A stretch of 64,000 nucleotides of DNA from the sequence record MW373745.1; one strand, 5' to 3'. Every line of letters begins with the position of its first letter. Position 1 is the stretch's first letter. Shown one piece after another: positions 41,401 through 51,728 of this stretch. The notes under the pieces were generated by a model. That model was not told the DNA's origin, did no database searches, and saw only the letters and a list, made by a program, of their open reading frames with translations. Position numbers and translations under genes: made by a program.

Positions 41401-42088
41401 AATAGTATATGTTAAAGAAGCTGCGGTAGATTTATCAGTGGATGAAGGCCCAGGAGGAGCTTATGTATATTTAGATTTACCAATTGAAGGTATATATGAT
41501 ACCAAGGGTCAAATAATACCAGAAAATATACCCACAATAGAATGGGCTTTATTTGCTAAAGCTAATCCTGCAGAAGGTGAGGATAATGAACCTATTTGTT
41601 TTGAGGAAATACAAGAACCTAGCAAAACACATAAAGTTATCCCAGCAAATTTAACAAATTATGTGGCGGAACAAAAAATAGTTGCTAACTATGTTATAGA
41701 TGAAGAATCTGTTAAGACTATGTTACCATTTTATACAACAGTTGAAGAATATATTAATTTGGATCTATCTAAAGTTGCTTATATAAGAATACCTATTAAA
41801 TTAATGAATAGAAGTGCTGCTACGCCAGAAGAAGGTGAACAAATTGTAGGTTCTTATACAATATTTAATTCAAGGATACCTTATATTAGAGTTAAATTCC
41901 AAACAAAAATTTTTCAACCTGGATATAATTATGAATTTATGTTAAATTATCCATCACATAATTTTAAATTAATAAGAAATTCAATATTTAGACTTAGATC
42001 TGTAGTTTTTGATGATTTATTGGATTATCAAGAAGTTAGAGATAGTTTAAGAGCTGGTGATATTGATATGAGCACTATGAGTGTTTAA
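38444..42088 (+). CDS. Baseplate wedge protein gp6-like, extended
   Basis: YEGSN...LSY...NENVLTLATKRKNV...SYEP; ESIESIKTNAP...RTVTIHDY; WGGED. Confidence 0.85.
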   Translation: MAIIKETLPFTYDEIYQDIAKRLIEKGWDGGAYEGSNGAILASVLSYIVSSLNFNTAVNVNENVLTLATKRKNVIQDARVLSYEPSHKKSTILEITLSFTRTGYFKIPKYSTFIINGFTYNYLGDDLEFNIDKIGATTTIQVKEGTLIKNEEYPDILTYKIDEKFEYIDIPWNDVEDDGVECYVTYYDTFGNLSDNATFVKSSFNLIDIKDSTNNKFFRKDDVDTGNARIYFQLGTAGTKLPSNTRVYINVLRTSGIDAYYERCDSASVNGDLGSFCKILTSGKDVPVLVSQAQDEESIESIKTNAPMFYNSASRTVTIHDYNSVIKTHSSVKNVVTWGGEDEYPVAPGNLYFSAEPRRKEPEFTIFKKVQQSDGTYTYKKENSTLANGELLNTTEMSTNQYYIKESYNDPDTLYLNDGEVVSAEKDANGYKNPGIFDLVDTYNLPALKNNLKNPTYVNIDLQVLIKQYPFGTPKSDIRKKIYAKIREKMAEIEKFEGEFIHSNLVRHLDNELGLGNGIEVNPYFSLLLSEENCVKQFKENKDFSKVNCFYAKSYDKLSKNLVLSVYFSLLASVGDKLEVYFNKESLPFILDNTDHYTYELTDTDINQSYKSFYFKDVGFDEESLNVRIISYDGLTTYGGNDINLYNLKNKTVFFNVNIGNELSVIKIALPRFVSVGDSFKVYGLYGSRKAEQLIYDFYITEEILSQGYLQCDDLQRGKYAGLVGASDYKVVYTCNRESLKPSDSEEPDSNGLKSNQLLGTASGSWESAVNQTESQDNVFGDIETSNLYYNWYEDSDGQIDIRVWIPSSVKANDTLLIDYAQKTTSIVITDAMIAQRQFDTKIDGILLDVTKISFGSADGSIGIYPTYVERQNELTPVEDDRIQFVAKQFENITEYAPTTTFDREVQLKSNEKITFYVNYNNKFDVRNLIANHDDALDSYTVSIPEGSPLKYEAPYVVLNNYRKTGTFNFNLDVQVKRGDLLYQNQIVYVKEAAVDLSVDEGPGGAYVYLDLPIEGIYDTKGQIIPENIPTIEWALFAKANPAEGEDNEPICFEEIQEPSKTHKVIPANLTNYVAEQKIVANYVIDEESVKTMLPFYTTVEEYINLDLSKVAYIRIPIKLMNRSAATPEEGEQIVGSYTIFNSRIPYIRVKFQTKIFQPGYNYEFMLNYPSHNFKLIRNSIFRLRSVVFDDLLDYQEVRDSLRAGDIDMSTMSV

Positions 42089-42153
42089 TTATCTAATTAA
42101 ATATATTTTAAGTTATTTTATGATATAATTATGCAAATTAAAATAACGAGGCT

Positions 42154-42825
42154 ATGATGAAATTTTCAGATTTTTTAGAAGAGCAAGCAATTGCTAAATC
42201 AGGTGATTATGATTTTGGTAACTTGGATTACATAGGCGCTGGAGGTTTGATATCAAAGAAAGTTGTGAAAGTTCTCCATAAGTTCAATTTTGATATAAAT
42301 GGTGATAATACAGAATTATTCATTATTGAATGTAATGCTAACCATCCTAAACAAAAATATTATTGTGTAGCTAAAGAAGAAATAGATAAAAGATTTGAAC
42401 CTTATACAACAAGATTTAAGATATTAGCTGCTATACTTTTGGAATATACAACAAAATACAGAGGTTTAGGTTATGGTCCTCTTAGAATAGTTAAAGGTGT
42501 CGAAACTTTAAGATCATACAGAGGTGGTGGGATAGGTAAAAAATTATATACTATTTTAGTGGATGATTTTAAATGGGTATTGATGGGTGATTCTGAACAA
42601 TATGAAGGTGCAAGAAACTTATGGACTTTCTTGTCTAAATCACCTGGGTTTAACGTTGATATAGTTGAGTTAGCAACAGGTAAAATTATTGCTAAAAATG
42701 TTAAATTAAAAGATGCTTTAGATCCAAGAATTTGGACCGATGAAGATTTATTTTTAACAGGAACTAAAGAAGAAAGAATACGTGGTAGATTTAATAGATT
42801 GGTATTAACTAAAGTTACAAATTAA
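42154..42825 (+). CDS. GNAT-like protein 1 with putative capsid-targeting N-terminus
   Basis: VETLRSYRGGGIGKKLY acetyl-CoA motif A; GDSEQYEGARNLW. Confidence 0.6.
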   Translation: MMKFSDFLEEQAIAKSGDYDFGNLDYIGAGGLISKKVVKVLHKFNFDINGDNTELFIIECNANHPKQKYYCVAKEEIDKRFEPYTTRFKILAAILLEYTTKYRGLGYGPLRIVKGVETLRSYRGGGIGKKLYTILVDDFKWVLMGDSEQYEGARNLWTFLSKSPGFNVDIVELATGKIIAKNVKLKDALDPRIWTDEDLFLTGTKEERIRGRFNRLVLTKVTN

Positions 42826-42835
42826 AGGAGCTAAA

Positions 42836-43501
42836 TTGAAGTTTTCAGATTTTTTAGAAGAGCAAGCAATTGCTAAATCAGGTGATTATGATTTTGGGAA
42901 TTTAAACTATATTAATAAGTATGGTCTGACTTCGATAGAATATACATTTGATAAATCACCTTTTGTATATAAAGTTTATTATAATGGTAAAGAATATTTT
43001 TTTTATCGTAGAGAATCTTACCATATTTTAGCTACTAAAGTACCTGAAGATTACCCGACTAAAGATAACCCTAATGGTACCAAAGATAGATTTAGTCCTA
43101 TAGCTATGATTAGATTATTGCCTACAGATAAAATTAAAAGAATGGATTATAAAAATGTTTATACAGTTAGTGCTGTAGAAGTTGATAGAGACCATAGAGG
43201 TATCAGATTAGGCAAATTATTATATTATCTAGCAACTACCGTTCTTAAATATACTTTATTAGGTGATTCTGAACAATATGAAAATGCTAGGAGAATATAT
43301 TATTCTTTTAGTAATAACCCAGGATTTACAGTGGATATAATTAAATTAGATCAAGGTATCTTAGCAAAGAATGTAAATCTAAATGATCACAACGATGAAA
43401 GAGTTTGGAGTACAACACCCGATAAAGTAGGAACTTTACATAGAGTGGTTCTTAAAAGTGTTCATATGGAATCTAAGGTAGAAGTCAAAAAATTAAAATA
43501 A
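42836..43501 (+). CDS. GNAT-like protein 2 (paralog) with identical N-terminus
   Basis: VEVDRDHRGIRLGKLLY; GDSEQYENARRIY; 56 bp identical to copy 1. Confidence 0.6.
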   Translation: MKFSDFLEEQAIAKSGDYDFGNLNYINKYGLTSIEYTFDKSPFVYKVYYNGKEYFFYRRESYHILATKVPEDYPTKDNPNGTKDRFSPIAMIRLLPTDKIKRMDYKNVYTVSAVEVDRDHRGIRLGKLLYYLATTVLKYTLLGDSEQYENARRIYYSFSNNPGFTVDIIKLDQGILAKNVNLNDHNDERVWSTTPDKVGTLHRVVLKSVHMESKVEVKKLK

Positions 43502-43558
43502 TTTAATTTAAGACTAAGAACCAAATAAATATACTAAAAGCATAATTAAAGGTTTGCT

Positions 43559-46500
43559 GTGTTTAAAAGTATAGCTAAAAACTTAGTACCAGAAAATTAC
43601 AAATCTAATAAATTTATTATGGACGTCCTTGACGTTTTTGTAGATTATATCTATGATAATTCAAGCCTAGCGATTGACATCAATAATTTATATAATTCTA
43701 AAAATGAAGTTCTATATGAAGAAATTATTAAAACATATGCTGCAAACTTTTATAAGACTATAACCGATGGTTCAAAAAATCATAAACTTGCAGAAGCTGT
43801 TAGAAAAGCGCACAAAAAATATGGTTTTGATTTTAGTGAAACGCAATTAGATATAAATGTAATACACTTATTATCACAAGAACAATTAGAATTATTTAAA
43901 AACTTTCAACAATCTAAAGGAACTTTAAGATCTATTGAGTTTATATATCGTATTATAGAACAATTAAATATTGAAAGTTTTGTATTAGAAACCGACGGTC
44001 AATTAACAATAGAGCCCGGTGAAAATATATTTGAATACCGCGTTTACGGATCTATGTTACCAGAAATATTCGAAGCATTTGTTAAGCCTTTAGCACATCC
44101 AGTAGGTTGGACTTACTTATTTACAAGAACTTACGTTCTTAAATTCGAAGATTATTTCTTATGCAAAGAAGTTTACGATGTAAATGTTTTTAGAGTAACT
44201 TGTGAAGATTCTGATTGTGAAGATAATTTTAAAACAAATACCGGATATCTTTTTGAAACTGACATTAATAATAATATAATATATGAAAATAATAAACCAA
44301 AAATGTATAAAGCTGATGGAAATCCAGTATTTAATGTTACAAGATTTGGTGTCAATTACCCAGAATTAACATTAGAATCTGAATTAAAATTAGTTAAAGA
44401 TCCTACTATTAGAACTATTGAAAAATCCAGCATAAAAGGTAATGACAAATTAATTGTATATTTTGAATCTGGTGAAAGATTAGAACAAAATTCAAACCCT
44501 AAGAATTTAATATTATATTATTATAAAGGTATTAATTCATTAAATCAAGAAATTAAAAAAGATTATACTGATTTCTTAAGCAAATGTGCTTTGGAACTTA
44601 ATTATGTTAGAAGAGTTGTAACCACAGTTAAAGACAAATATCAATTTCAAGTAGATTTTGGTTTAGCTAGCACTACTGGTAAATTTGCAGCTATTGGCGC
44701 TGGTAATATGTATCTAGGTTCAGATACTTGGGTTCTTGGTAAAAATAGAATCAATGCAAATACACCAGTAACTTATGGAACTAGAGTTCGTAATAAAGTT
44801 TTACAAACTTCTGACTTTAAAGCATTATATAAGAAAAATGATAATTCTATTAGACAGGTATTTGATAAAGTTTATTCTGGTTTTGATGATCACGTAAAAT
44901 CAAGTACTTGTAATTTTATTTTAGAATCTGACAATTTATATCATTATAGATTATATAATCCAAATGCAATATTTTTTGAATTAATTAATACTTACGGGTA
45001 TAGAGTTCGCGCTAAAATAAAATATAACGAAGATTCATTAGAAGTTATAGCTGAAGATGAACTTAAAAATACACAATTATTATATATAGATAAAACATTA
45101 TTCAGTAAATACAATTCACAAGTTTACAAAGATTTTAAAGAATCTATGAATAAGCCTTTAGGTCAATATTATACAGTCCTTAAAAAAGGTGTTAATTACT
45201 TGAATATTGTAGATTCTAATGGTTATATAGTTAAAGGTAATTATAGGCTTGTAGATTCTGAATATAGGCTTTATTTAAATATAAAAGATCCTGTAACTAT
45301 TCAATTTATTGATGATACTTATGAATACGATTCAAGACCATTTCAAATTATTGATGCCGAATTAAGTTATAATAAAGATTCTAAATTATATGAATATACT
45401 ACACCAGAAAAAGAATACTATTTTGTCAGCGTAGCTAATCGTATTAGCAATGTAGATTTGGACATTATGTATATTGCTGGTTTACAAAAAGGTTTTAAAA
45501 TAACTTCAAGCACTGCTCAAAAAATAAGAGTATATGTTATAGATAATACTTCTAAAAGATTTCCGATAACTATACTGAGTGCAACTAATGAAACTATACA
45601 AGCAAAAGAAAATAGTATATTCTTAGGTTTAATCAATGCTGATAACCAATACGTTGAAGGACAAATAGTTTACGATTCTGAAGGTAAATTAGCAACATTA
45701 GATTGTAATGCAAAAACAAATAATTTAAGTTTATTATACTTAGATTATTCTGCAAGTATTAAAAATCCAATAACTATTAAATCTACAACATTTGATATTG
45801 CTGGAAATTTTTCAGAAGTTAATGATAAAAGAGGTAAATTCCTTTATAATTTTAGAATCGAAAATATTATGATTGTTAATATATTCGATAAAAATAATCA
45901 AAGAATACAATTAGACTATGATATTGAAAATACTGGGGTATCTTTTTATACTGATACAAATGAAGCTATTACAATACAATACTTTGATAATATAGATGAA
46001 GGTATACCAAGAACATATACAATAGATGCTGAATTTAAATTAGATACTAGTTACATTAATTATAACGCAAAAATATTTAAATATAAAGATATATTATTAA
46101 ATATGGATACTAGTACAAACAAATATGTTTATAAGCACAACGAAATGAAAACTTATCCTTTAGTTGTTATGGATACTGATGGAAATGTTTTAGACGTTGA
46201 AATAGGTATTTTAACTACTGGATTTAAAATATCTTATTCTGAAGGTATAAAAGTAAGAATATATTATTTAGATGATACTAAAAATAGGGCTGATGTTACT
46301 TATAATAAAGCTGGAGACCCGGACTCCACAAAATTATTATATGCTGTTAAAAATGGTGTCATAGTTAAACAAGATATCAATACAGTGTCTACTGAAGATT
46401 TTTATTCATTTTCAAGATTAAAAACTCTTAAAATTAAGAAAGCTGATTTAAAAGCTGTGGAAAGTAACGACCCAGATTCAAAACTAGGTAAATATAAATT

Positions 46501-47719
46501 TATTAAAAATATTGAATATGGTTTGCCAGTTATGGCCGGTTTTAACAATGATTTAAAATTCAAAGTTAATGAAGATTCTATAACAATTTACACAGCAACT
46601 AAAAAAGATATTAATATTAGATACGCAGAAAAAGTTAACGAAGAAAGTTTCTTATATACTTATAGTATAAGAAAAGATGATGATTTATTTATAGATGCGC
46701 AAAAAGATTCTATAAAATATTTAATAGATTATCAATATGATTATTTAAATAATAGAATTATTTTTACAAAAGAAGACGATGATATTGTCAAATTGTTTTT
46801 CTTAAAGAATAAACACAATAAGAAAACAATACTTAGTATTAATAACGCAAACTTTGAGGATGTTGATTTTCCAATTAAAATTTATTTAAATGACGACTTT
46901 GTTGAGTTTGAAAATAAGGAATCTATGCAATTAGATGTTAATCCATTAGATCTTAAATTCAATCAAGATATTAAAAATAGAAATTCAACAATTAGAGCTA
47001 TTAATAAAGATCTTGAAGTATTGGAACAAATAGATTTTAATTTGGCACCACAATATACCTTTAAAGCACTTGGTGATTATCTCTATGAGATAGATTTTAA
47101 TAAGATTAAATTCAAAGAAAATAAACTTAATGAAGAATCCTTGTGGTATAGAGAAAGTTCAGTTTATCATAATCATTATGTAGGATATTTTGCAGCTAAT
47201 AATGTTCAGCCAACTCAGGTATTTACTGGTACGTCGAACAAATTAGATTATGAACTCAGAGAAACAAACCCTTGGGGATTAACAGCCATAGATACATTTG
47301 AATTAACAGGAACTGCTACAAATGATGGATTTGATGTTAATTTTGAATTTATTGATTCTTGGCCAAAAATCACAGAAGTCTATAAAAATGATTATACAGG
47401 ATTCTATCAAAATAAATGGGGTTGGCAATCGGGATATGTTGACGTTTATAAAACTACTAGGGATCTTGAAAGATTTAATGAAAAATACGAAAGATTAGAA
47501 CACGCCAGCGTATACCAAATGGATGATTATATTGTTATAGGATCTAATGATATAACAAAAGATTATATGTTTAAATGGTATCCAACTAGTAAGTCAAATG
47601 ATTTTAGTGATAGTTTCTTAAGAAATGGTCAAGTCTCTGAACCAGTGGCACCTAATAAAATATATACTGGAAAATATGATAGAGAACCCGACAATATAAT
47701 TAATAAAACAAATACTTGA
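43559..47719 (+). CDS. Baseplate wedge protein gp7-like, extended
   Basis: SKGTLRSIEFIYR...VKPLAHPVGW; located after gp6. Confidence 0.65.
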   Translation: MFKSIAKNLVPENYKSNKFIMDVLDVFVDYIYDNSSLAIDINNLYNSKNEVLYEEIIKTYAANFYKTITDGSKNHKLAEAVRKAHKKYGFDFSETQLDINVIHLLSQEQLELFKNFQQSKGTLRSIEFIYRIIEQLNIESFVLETDGQLTIEPGENIFEYRVYGSMLPEIFEAFVKPLAHPVGWTYLFTRTYVLKFEDYFLCKEVYDVNVFRVTCEDSDCEDNFKTNTGYLFETDINNNIIYENNKPKMYKADGNPVFNVTRFGVNYPELTLESELKLVKDPTIRTIEKSSIKGNDKLIVYFESGERLEQNSNPKNLILYYYKGINSLNQEIKKDYTDFLSKCALELNYVRRVVTTVKDKYQFQVDFGLASTTGKFAAIGAGNMYLGSDTWVLGKNRINANTPVTYGTRVRNKVLQTSDFKALYKKNDNSIRQVFDKVYSGFDDHVKSSTCNFILESDNLYHYRLYNPNAIFFELINTYGYRVRAKIKYNEDSLEVIAEDELKNTQLLYIDKTLFSKYNSQVYKDFKESMNKPLGQYYTVLKKGVNYLNIVDSNGYIVKGNYRLVDSEYRLYLNIKDPVTIQFIDDTYEYDSRPFQIIDAELSYNKDSKLYEYTTPEKEYYFVSVANRISNVDLDIMYIAGLQKGFKITSSTAQKIRVYVIDNTSKRFPITILSATNETIQAKENSIFLGLINADNQYVEGQIVYDSEGKLATLDCNAKTNNLSLLYLDYSASIKNPITIKSTTFDIAGNFSEVNDKRGKFLYNFRIENIMIVNIFDKNNQRIQLDYDIENTGVSFYTDTNEAITIQYFDNIDEGIPRTYTIDAEFKLDTSYINYNAKIFKYKDILLNMDTSTNKYVYKHNEMKTYPLVVMDTDGNVLDVEIGILTTGFKISYSEGIKVRIYYLDDTKNRADVTYNKAGDPDSTKLLYAVKNGVIVKQDINTVSTEDFYSFSRLKTLKIKKADLKAVESNDPDSKLGKYKFIKNIEYGLPVMAGFNNDLKFKVNEDSITIYTATKKDINIRYAEKVNEESFLYTYSIRKDDDLFIDAQKDSIKYLIDYQYDYLNNRIIFTKEDDDIVKLFFLKNKHNKKTILSINNANFEDVDFPIKIYLNDDFVEFENKESMQLDVNPLDLKFNQDIKNRNSTIRAINKDLEVLEQIDFNLAPQYTFKALGDYLYEIDFNKIKFKENKLNEESLWYRESSVYHNHYVGYFAANNVQPTQVFTGTSNKLDYELRETNPWGLTAIDTFELTGTATNDGFDVNFEFIDSWPKITEVYKNDYTGFYQNKWGWQSGYVDVYKTTRDLERFNEKYERLEHASVYQMDDYIVIGSNDITKDYMFKWYPTSKSNDFSDSFLRNGQVSEPVAPNKIYTGKYDREPDNIINKTNT

Positions 47720-47734
47720 TTATAAAGGATTTAG

Positions 47735-48493
47735 ATGGCTGATATTATTCAAAATAAAATGAATCAAGTGATGGGTGATTTAGCTCGCCCCACTAAGTTT
47801 AAATGTCAAATATTTCCACCTAAAGAAATTAAGTGTGAATTAAGTATTTTAAATGAAGGAGCTTCTGCAACATCCAGTACTTCTGAAATAGGACAATATT
47901 TAGACTATTTTTGTCACGCTACAAGTTTTCCGGGATTGACTGTAGAAACAATAGATTTTAAATATAGAGGTAGAACCCTACCAGTCAAATCAGTACAAAC
48001 TTATCAACAAAAATGGACAGCAACTTTTTATAATGATGAAAAACACGCAGTTAGAAAGTTATTTTTAGATTGGATGACTTATGATCAAGCTCACCAATTT
48101 GAGGATAAAACTAAAGGTAATTTTGAAGGTATATTACCAAGCATTTCTATATATCAATTAGATTTTGAAATGTCTAAAGATTGTGTTGTGTATACTATGA
48201 TGAATGTATTTCCAACAAATGTAGGAGAAATTTCAGTTCAATACGACGGGTTAAATCAAATTGAAACTTTTACAGTTGAGTTTGCATATACTCATTTTGA
48301 AATTAATACAATTTCTAGGGAAGGGTTAACTAGTTCTGAAGTCACGAGTTTGATCAAGAATACTATACAGAATACTATTAATAGTGTTACCAATACTTTA
48401 AAGGATGCTGTTTTTGGCGCTTTGGACGACCTAGTTTCACCTGTATTGGATTCTGTTTCAGATTCATTTGAAAATTTTATAAGTACAAAATAA
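47735..48493 (+). CDS. Tail tube family protein (gp54/gp19-like)
   Basis: DLARPTKF, FPG..., W.ATFYND and FPTNVGE...FTVEFAY motifs. Confidence 0.75.
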   Translation: MADIIQNKMNQVMGDLARPTKFKCQIFPPKEIKCELSILNEGASATSSTSEIGQYLDYFCHATSFPGLTVETIDFKYRGRTLPVKSVQTYQQKWTATFYNDEKHAVRKLFLDWMTYDQAHQFEDKTKGNFEGILPSISIYQLDFEMSKDCVVYTMMNVFPTNVGEISVQYDGLNQIETFTVEFAYTHFEINTISREGLTSSEVTSLIKNTIQNTINSVTNTLKDAVFGALDDLVSPVLDSVSDSFENFISTK

Positions 48494-48595
48494 GGTTTTT
48501 TATTATATAATATATTTTTGATCTTTTTAAATTGTGTTGTTACGAACTTTTTTTGAGTTTTTACAGTTTATACTATAGTATTAAATCTAAAACTT

Positions 48596-48695
48596 NNNNN
48601 NNNNNNNNNNNNNNNNNNNNNNNNNNNNNNNNNNNNNNNNNNNNNNNNNNNNNNNNNNNNNNNNNNNNNNNNNNNNNNNNNNNNNNNNNNNNNNN
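48596..48695. other. Assembly gap (100 N) within a repeat region
   Basis: Run of N. Confidence 0.99.
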
Positions 48696-48805
48696 AAAGC
48701 AATATTAAAAAGTATAAAAAATGCTTGAGTTTTTACAGTTTATACTATAGTATTAAAGCTTAAAGCAATATTAAAAAGTATAAAAAATGCTTGGGTTTTT
48801 TTTAA
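48696..48805 (+). repeat. Repeat array, same core as 12-530
   Basis: Cores at 48701 and 48777. Confidence 0.9.
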
Positions 48806-48882
48806 TTTTCACCATAATATATGTAATTTAAGTTTACTTTAAGTTTAAATATGCAAGACTAAAGCTTAATAAATACTTAAAA

Positions 48883-49308
48883 ATGAAGTTCAAACAAGGC
48901 ATTTATATACCAAAAAACCCAGAGAAATATATACATAGTTATACAAAAATGAATGAACACACTGAATATCCTGTTTATAGGAGTTCTTGGGAGCTTAGTT
49001 TCTTCAAATTTTGTGATTATTCACCCTCTATTACTAAATGGTCTTCTGAGCCAGTCGGTATAAAGTACTTTAATCCCGTCAAAAAACGACAATCCACATA
49101 TTATCCCGATGCTATGATTATTCGTAACGATATAACATTTTTAATAGAGATTAAGCCTAAATCTCAATTACCAGGTTCTAACTCAAAATCCAGTTATGAT
49201 AAACTTTCAGCGGCAGTTAACGAAGCCAAGTATAATGCCGCAAAATCTTATTGTGAAGCAAACAATATGCAATTCATAATCTTAAGTGATTCTTTCTTTA
49301 AATCTTGA
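48883..49308 (+). CDS. Head completion protein gp4 (TnsA-like endonuclease fold)
   Basis: PKNPEKY, YRSSWE, WSSEP, YYPD and IEIKP motifs. Confidence 0.9.
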   Translation: MKFKQGIYIPKNPEKYIHSYTKMNEHTEYPVYRSSWELSFFKFCDYSPSITKWSSEPVGIKYFNPVKKRQSTYYPDAMIIRNDITFLIEIKPKSQLPGSNSKSSYDKLSAAVNEAKYNAAKSYCEANNMQFIILSDSFFKS

Positions 49309-49489
49309 TTTTAAAGTTTTAAGCTTTTTTTGGTTTTAAAACTTAAGTTTAGTATTCAAAAATTTTTGACCTTTTTAATATAATATATTATAATATATTA
49401 TAATATAAAAACTTTTTTCAAAAATTTTAGTAGTTTTACAGTTGTTTAGAATTTGTTTTAAAATCTAAACTAAAGTTTCAGTTTAAAAC

Positions 49490-49775
49490 TTAAAGCAATA
49501 TTAAAAAGTATAAAAAATGCTTGGCTTTTTAGTAGTATATACTATAGTATAATGCTTAAAGCTTAAAGCAATATTAAAAAGTATAAAAAATGCTTGGCTT
49601 TTTAGTAGTATATACTATAGTATATGCTTAAAGCTTAAAGCTTAAAGCAATATTAAAAAGTATAAAAAATGCTTGGCTTTTTAGTAGTATATACTATAGT
49701 ATAATGCTTAAATCTTAAACTAATATTAAAAAGTATAAAAAATGCTTGGCTTTTTAGTAGTATATACTATAGTAT
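49490..49775 (+). repeat. Tandem repeat array (73-79 bp units)
   Basis: Cores at 49497, 49570, 49649 and 49722; each unit holds palindrome TAGTATATACTA and a variable number of CTTAAAG. Confidence 0.95.
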
Positions 49776-49875
49776 NNNNNNNNNNNNNNNNNNNNNNNNN
49801 NNNNNNNNNNNNNNNNNNNNNNNNNNNNNNNNNNNNNNNNNNNNNNNNNNNNNNNNNNNNNNNNNNNNNNNNNNN
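49776..49875. other. Assembly gap (100 N)
   Basis: Run of N. Confidence 0.99.
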
Positions 49876-49983
49876 CTTTTTGTTAGATCAACACAGAAGA
49901 CTGCAAATATTTAAACCATTCTAATAAATTTAAGAATTTTTTAAGCTTATATATTATATAATATACCAATTGAAAGGAAAATA

Positions 49984-50643
49984 ATGAAACTGACTTACAA
50001 ACACAAATTGTATACCAAACATCAAGATATTATTAACACATATCTGCGTTTAAAAGTAGAGTTTAATTTATTCAAGCTGGATTACAAACGACTTAGATAT
50101 TCAAGTTTATTCACACAAAATACAAGACTTAAAACTCAAAAACAAATAGAAGAGCTTGAAACGAAACTAACCAAAAAAGGTCTCAATACACAAAAATTAC
50201 GCAAGTTATACACTAAAATTGTTAACAAAAAACCTTTCAATGATTTTGAACAAATCATCATTAATAATTTTGTAGAAAATGGCAAAAAAGCACCACAATT
50301 ATTCAAACACGAACGTAAATTCGATAATAGATTTACAAGCCTACTATTAGAACGTAAAAAACGTCGCGCTAAAGCAGCTAAAGAAGTATACACAAGAAGA
50401 CCATTATCTCCAGAAAAACAAAAAGCTCAGCAATTAGTTCCATATATTTTTCAATTCATTAAACTCAGAACTATGGAAAAATTTGGATATAATGAAGATT
50501 TAGCAGTTGAAATAACTGGCAGAATTTTTGGACCTGGGTGTGAAGAAGCTCTTGATATGTATTTAAAAGAATTCAGAGATTTGTATGGTAATACAGACCA
50601 AGCTTTAGAGCATTTCAAAAAAGCTGAACTATTAGCTAATTAA
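49984..50643 (+). CDS. Hypothetical basic protein
   Basis: Promoter motif plus AAGGA RBS. Confidence 0.55.
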   Translation: MKLTYKHKLYTKHQDIINTYLRLKVEFNLFKLDYKRLRYSSLFTQNTRLKTQKQIEELETKLTKKGLNTQKLRKLYTKIVNKKPFNDFEQIIINNFVENGKKAPQLFKHERKFDNRFTSLLLERKKRRAKAAKEVYTRRPLSPEKQKAQQLVPYIFQFIKLRTMEKFGYNEDLAVEITGRIFGPGCEEALDMYLKEFRDLYGNTDQALEHFKKAELLAN

Positions 50644-50709
50644 AAATATATTTAATTTATATTTAATATTTAAATTTAAAACTAAAGTTTAAAATCTAAA
50701 GGTGGTAAA

Positions 50710-51477
50710 ATGAGTGAAACTCGTATGAAACACGATTATACTAACGAACTTGAACTAAAATCGCTAGCTATTCGTGAAAAAAACTTCAAATTAAATCTAG
50801 GCTCTGAAGATCCTGATGGTTCTATAAATGAAGACTTAGACATTAAGATAAAAGAATATATTAAAACAAAAGATCCAGATCTTAAAGACTATATTATTAG
50901 TATATCCGAGGGTGTAAAAATATCACCAAAATCTCACGAATATTTTGGTAACATTGTTATTCTAATGATTAAAAAAATATTAACTAAACCTAATTTTTCC
51001 GGGTATACTTGGCAAGATGATTTTTATAGTGATGCTTGCTATCGTGTATTTAAATATATTCATAACTTCGATCATACATTAAAATCTAAAATTACAAACC
51101 AATCAGTATCTTGTTTTAGTTATATTTCACAAATAATTCATAATAGTATTTTAGCTATTATCAATGAGAAAAACAAAAAAGATAAAGAACTTGAAAACTT
51201 AGCTTGTATGTATAATTCTGAATATGATATACATAATGAATCTAGGAATGCTTCAACTATAGATATTGTTAATGAATTATATGTAGATTACACAATACCC
51301 AATTTTAATTTAAAAATGATTGAAAATATTTTAGATACCACTGAAATCAAATACAAAAATATTAATATTAGATACAATGAAGGTTTTATATCATTTGATG
51401 ATTACGCTGAACTTAAAAACGTTCTAAGTAATTATAAACATTTTAATGTAAATCTAACTAAAGGTGATTCAAAATGA
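50710..51477 (+). CDS. Late-transcription sigma factor (gp55)
   Basis: KPNFSGYTW.DD..SDA...YIHNFD...FSYISQI. Confidence 0.88.
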   Translation: MSETRMKHDYTNELELKSLAIREKNFKLNLGSEDPDGSINEDLDIKIKEYIKTKDPDLKDYIISISEGVKISPKSHEYFGNIVILMIKKILTKPNFSGYTWQDDFYSDACYRVFKYIHNFDHTLKSKITNQSVSCFSYISQIIHNSILAIINEKNKKDKELENLACMYNSEYDIHNESRNASTIDIVNELYVDYTIPNFNLKMIENILDTTEIKYKNINIRYNEGFISFDDYAELKNVLSNYKHFNVNLTKGDSK

Positions 51478-51728
51478 ATATTAGCCAAGATTTAATAGCA
51501 AAGGAAATTAAAACATTAAATAAATTCTACAAGTTTTTAAGAGAGCATAAAAATGAATGTGTTATGGAAATAATGCAAGATTTTTGTGATTTAAATGATA
51601 TCCCTTTAGAAGAACTTGGTTTTTTGATATCAGAGGATGCATACTTAAAAGATTATATAGAAGCAAATCTTATTAAATATAAATTCTATAAAAGTCCTAA
51701 AAAAACTGTTTTTAGTGATGATTTTTAA
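51474..51728 (+). CDS. Late-transcription coactivator (gp33-like)
   Basis: IMQDFCDLNDIPLEEL...LKDYIEA; adjacent to gp55. Confidence 0.6.
   Translation: MNISQDLIAKEIKTLNKFYKFLREHKNECVMEIMQDFCDLNDIPLEELGFLISEDAYLKDYIEANLIKYKFYKSPKKTVFSDDF

Noticed and set aside
49490-49775. CRISPR array
   Set aside because: The sequences between the cores are near-identical, not unique spacers, and no cas genes are present; this is a tandem repeat
49742-49924. ORF spanning the N gap
   Set aside because: Artefact of translating Ns
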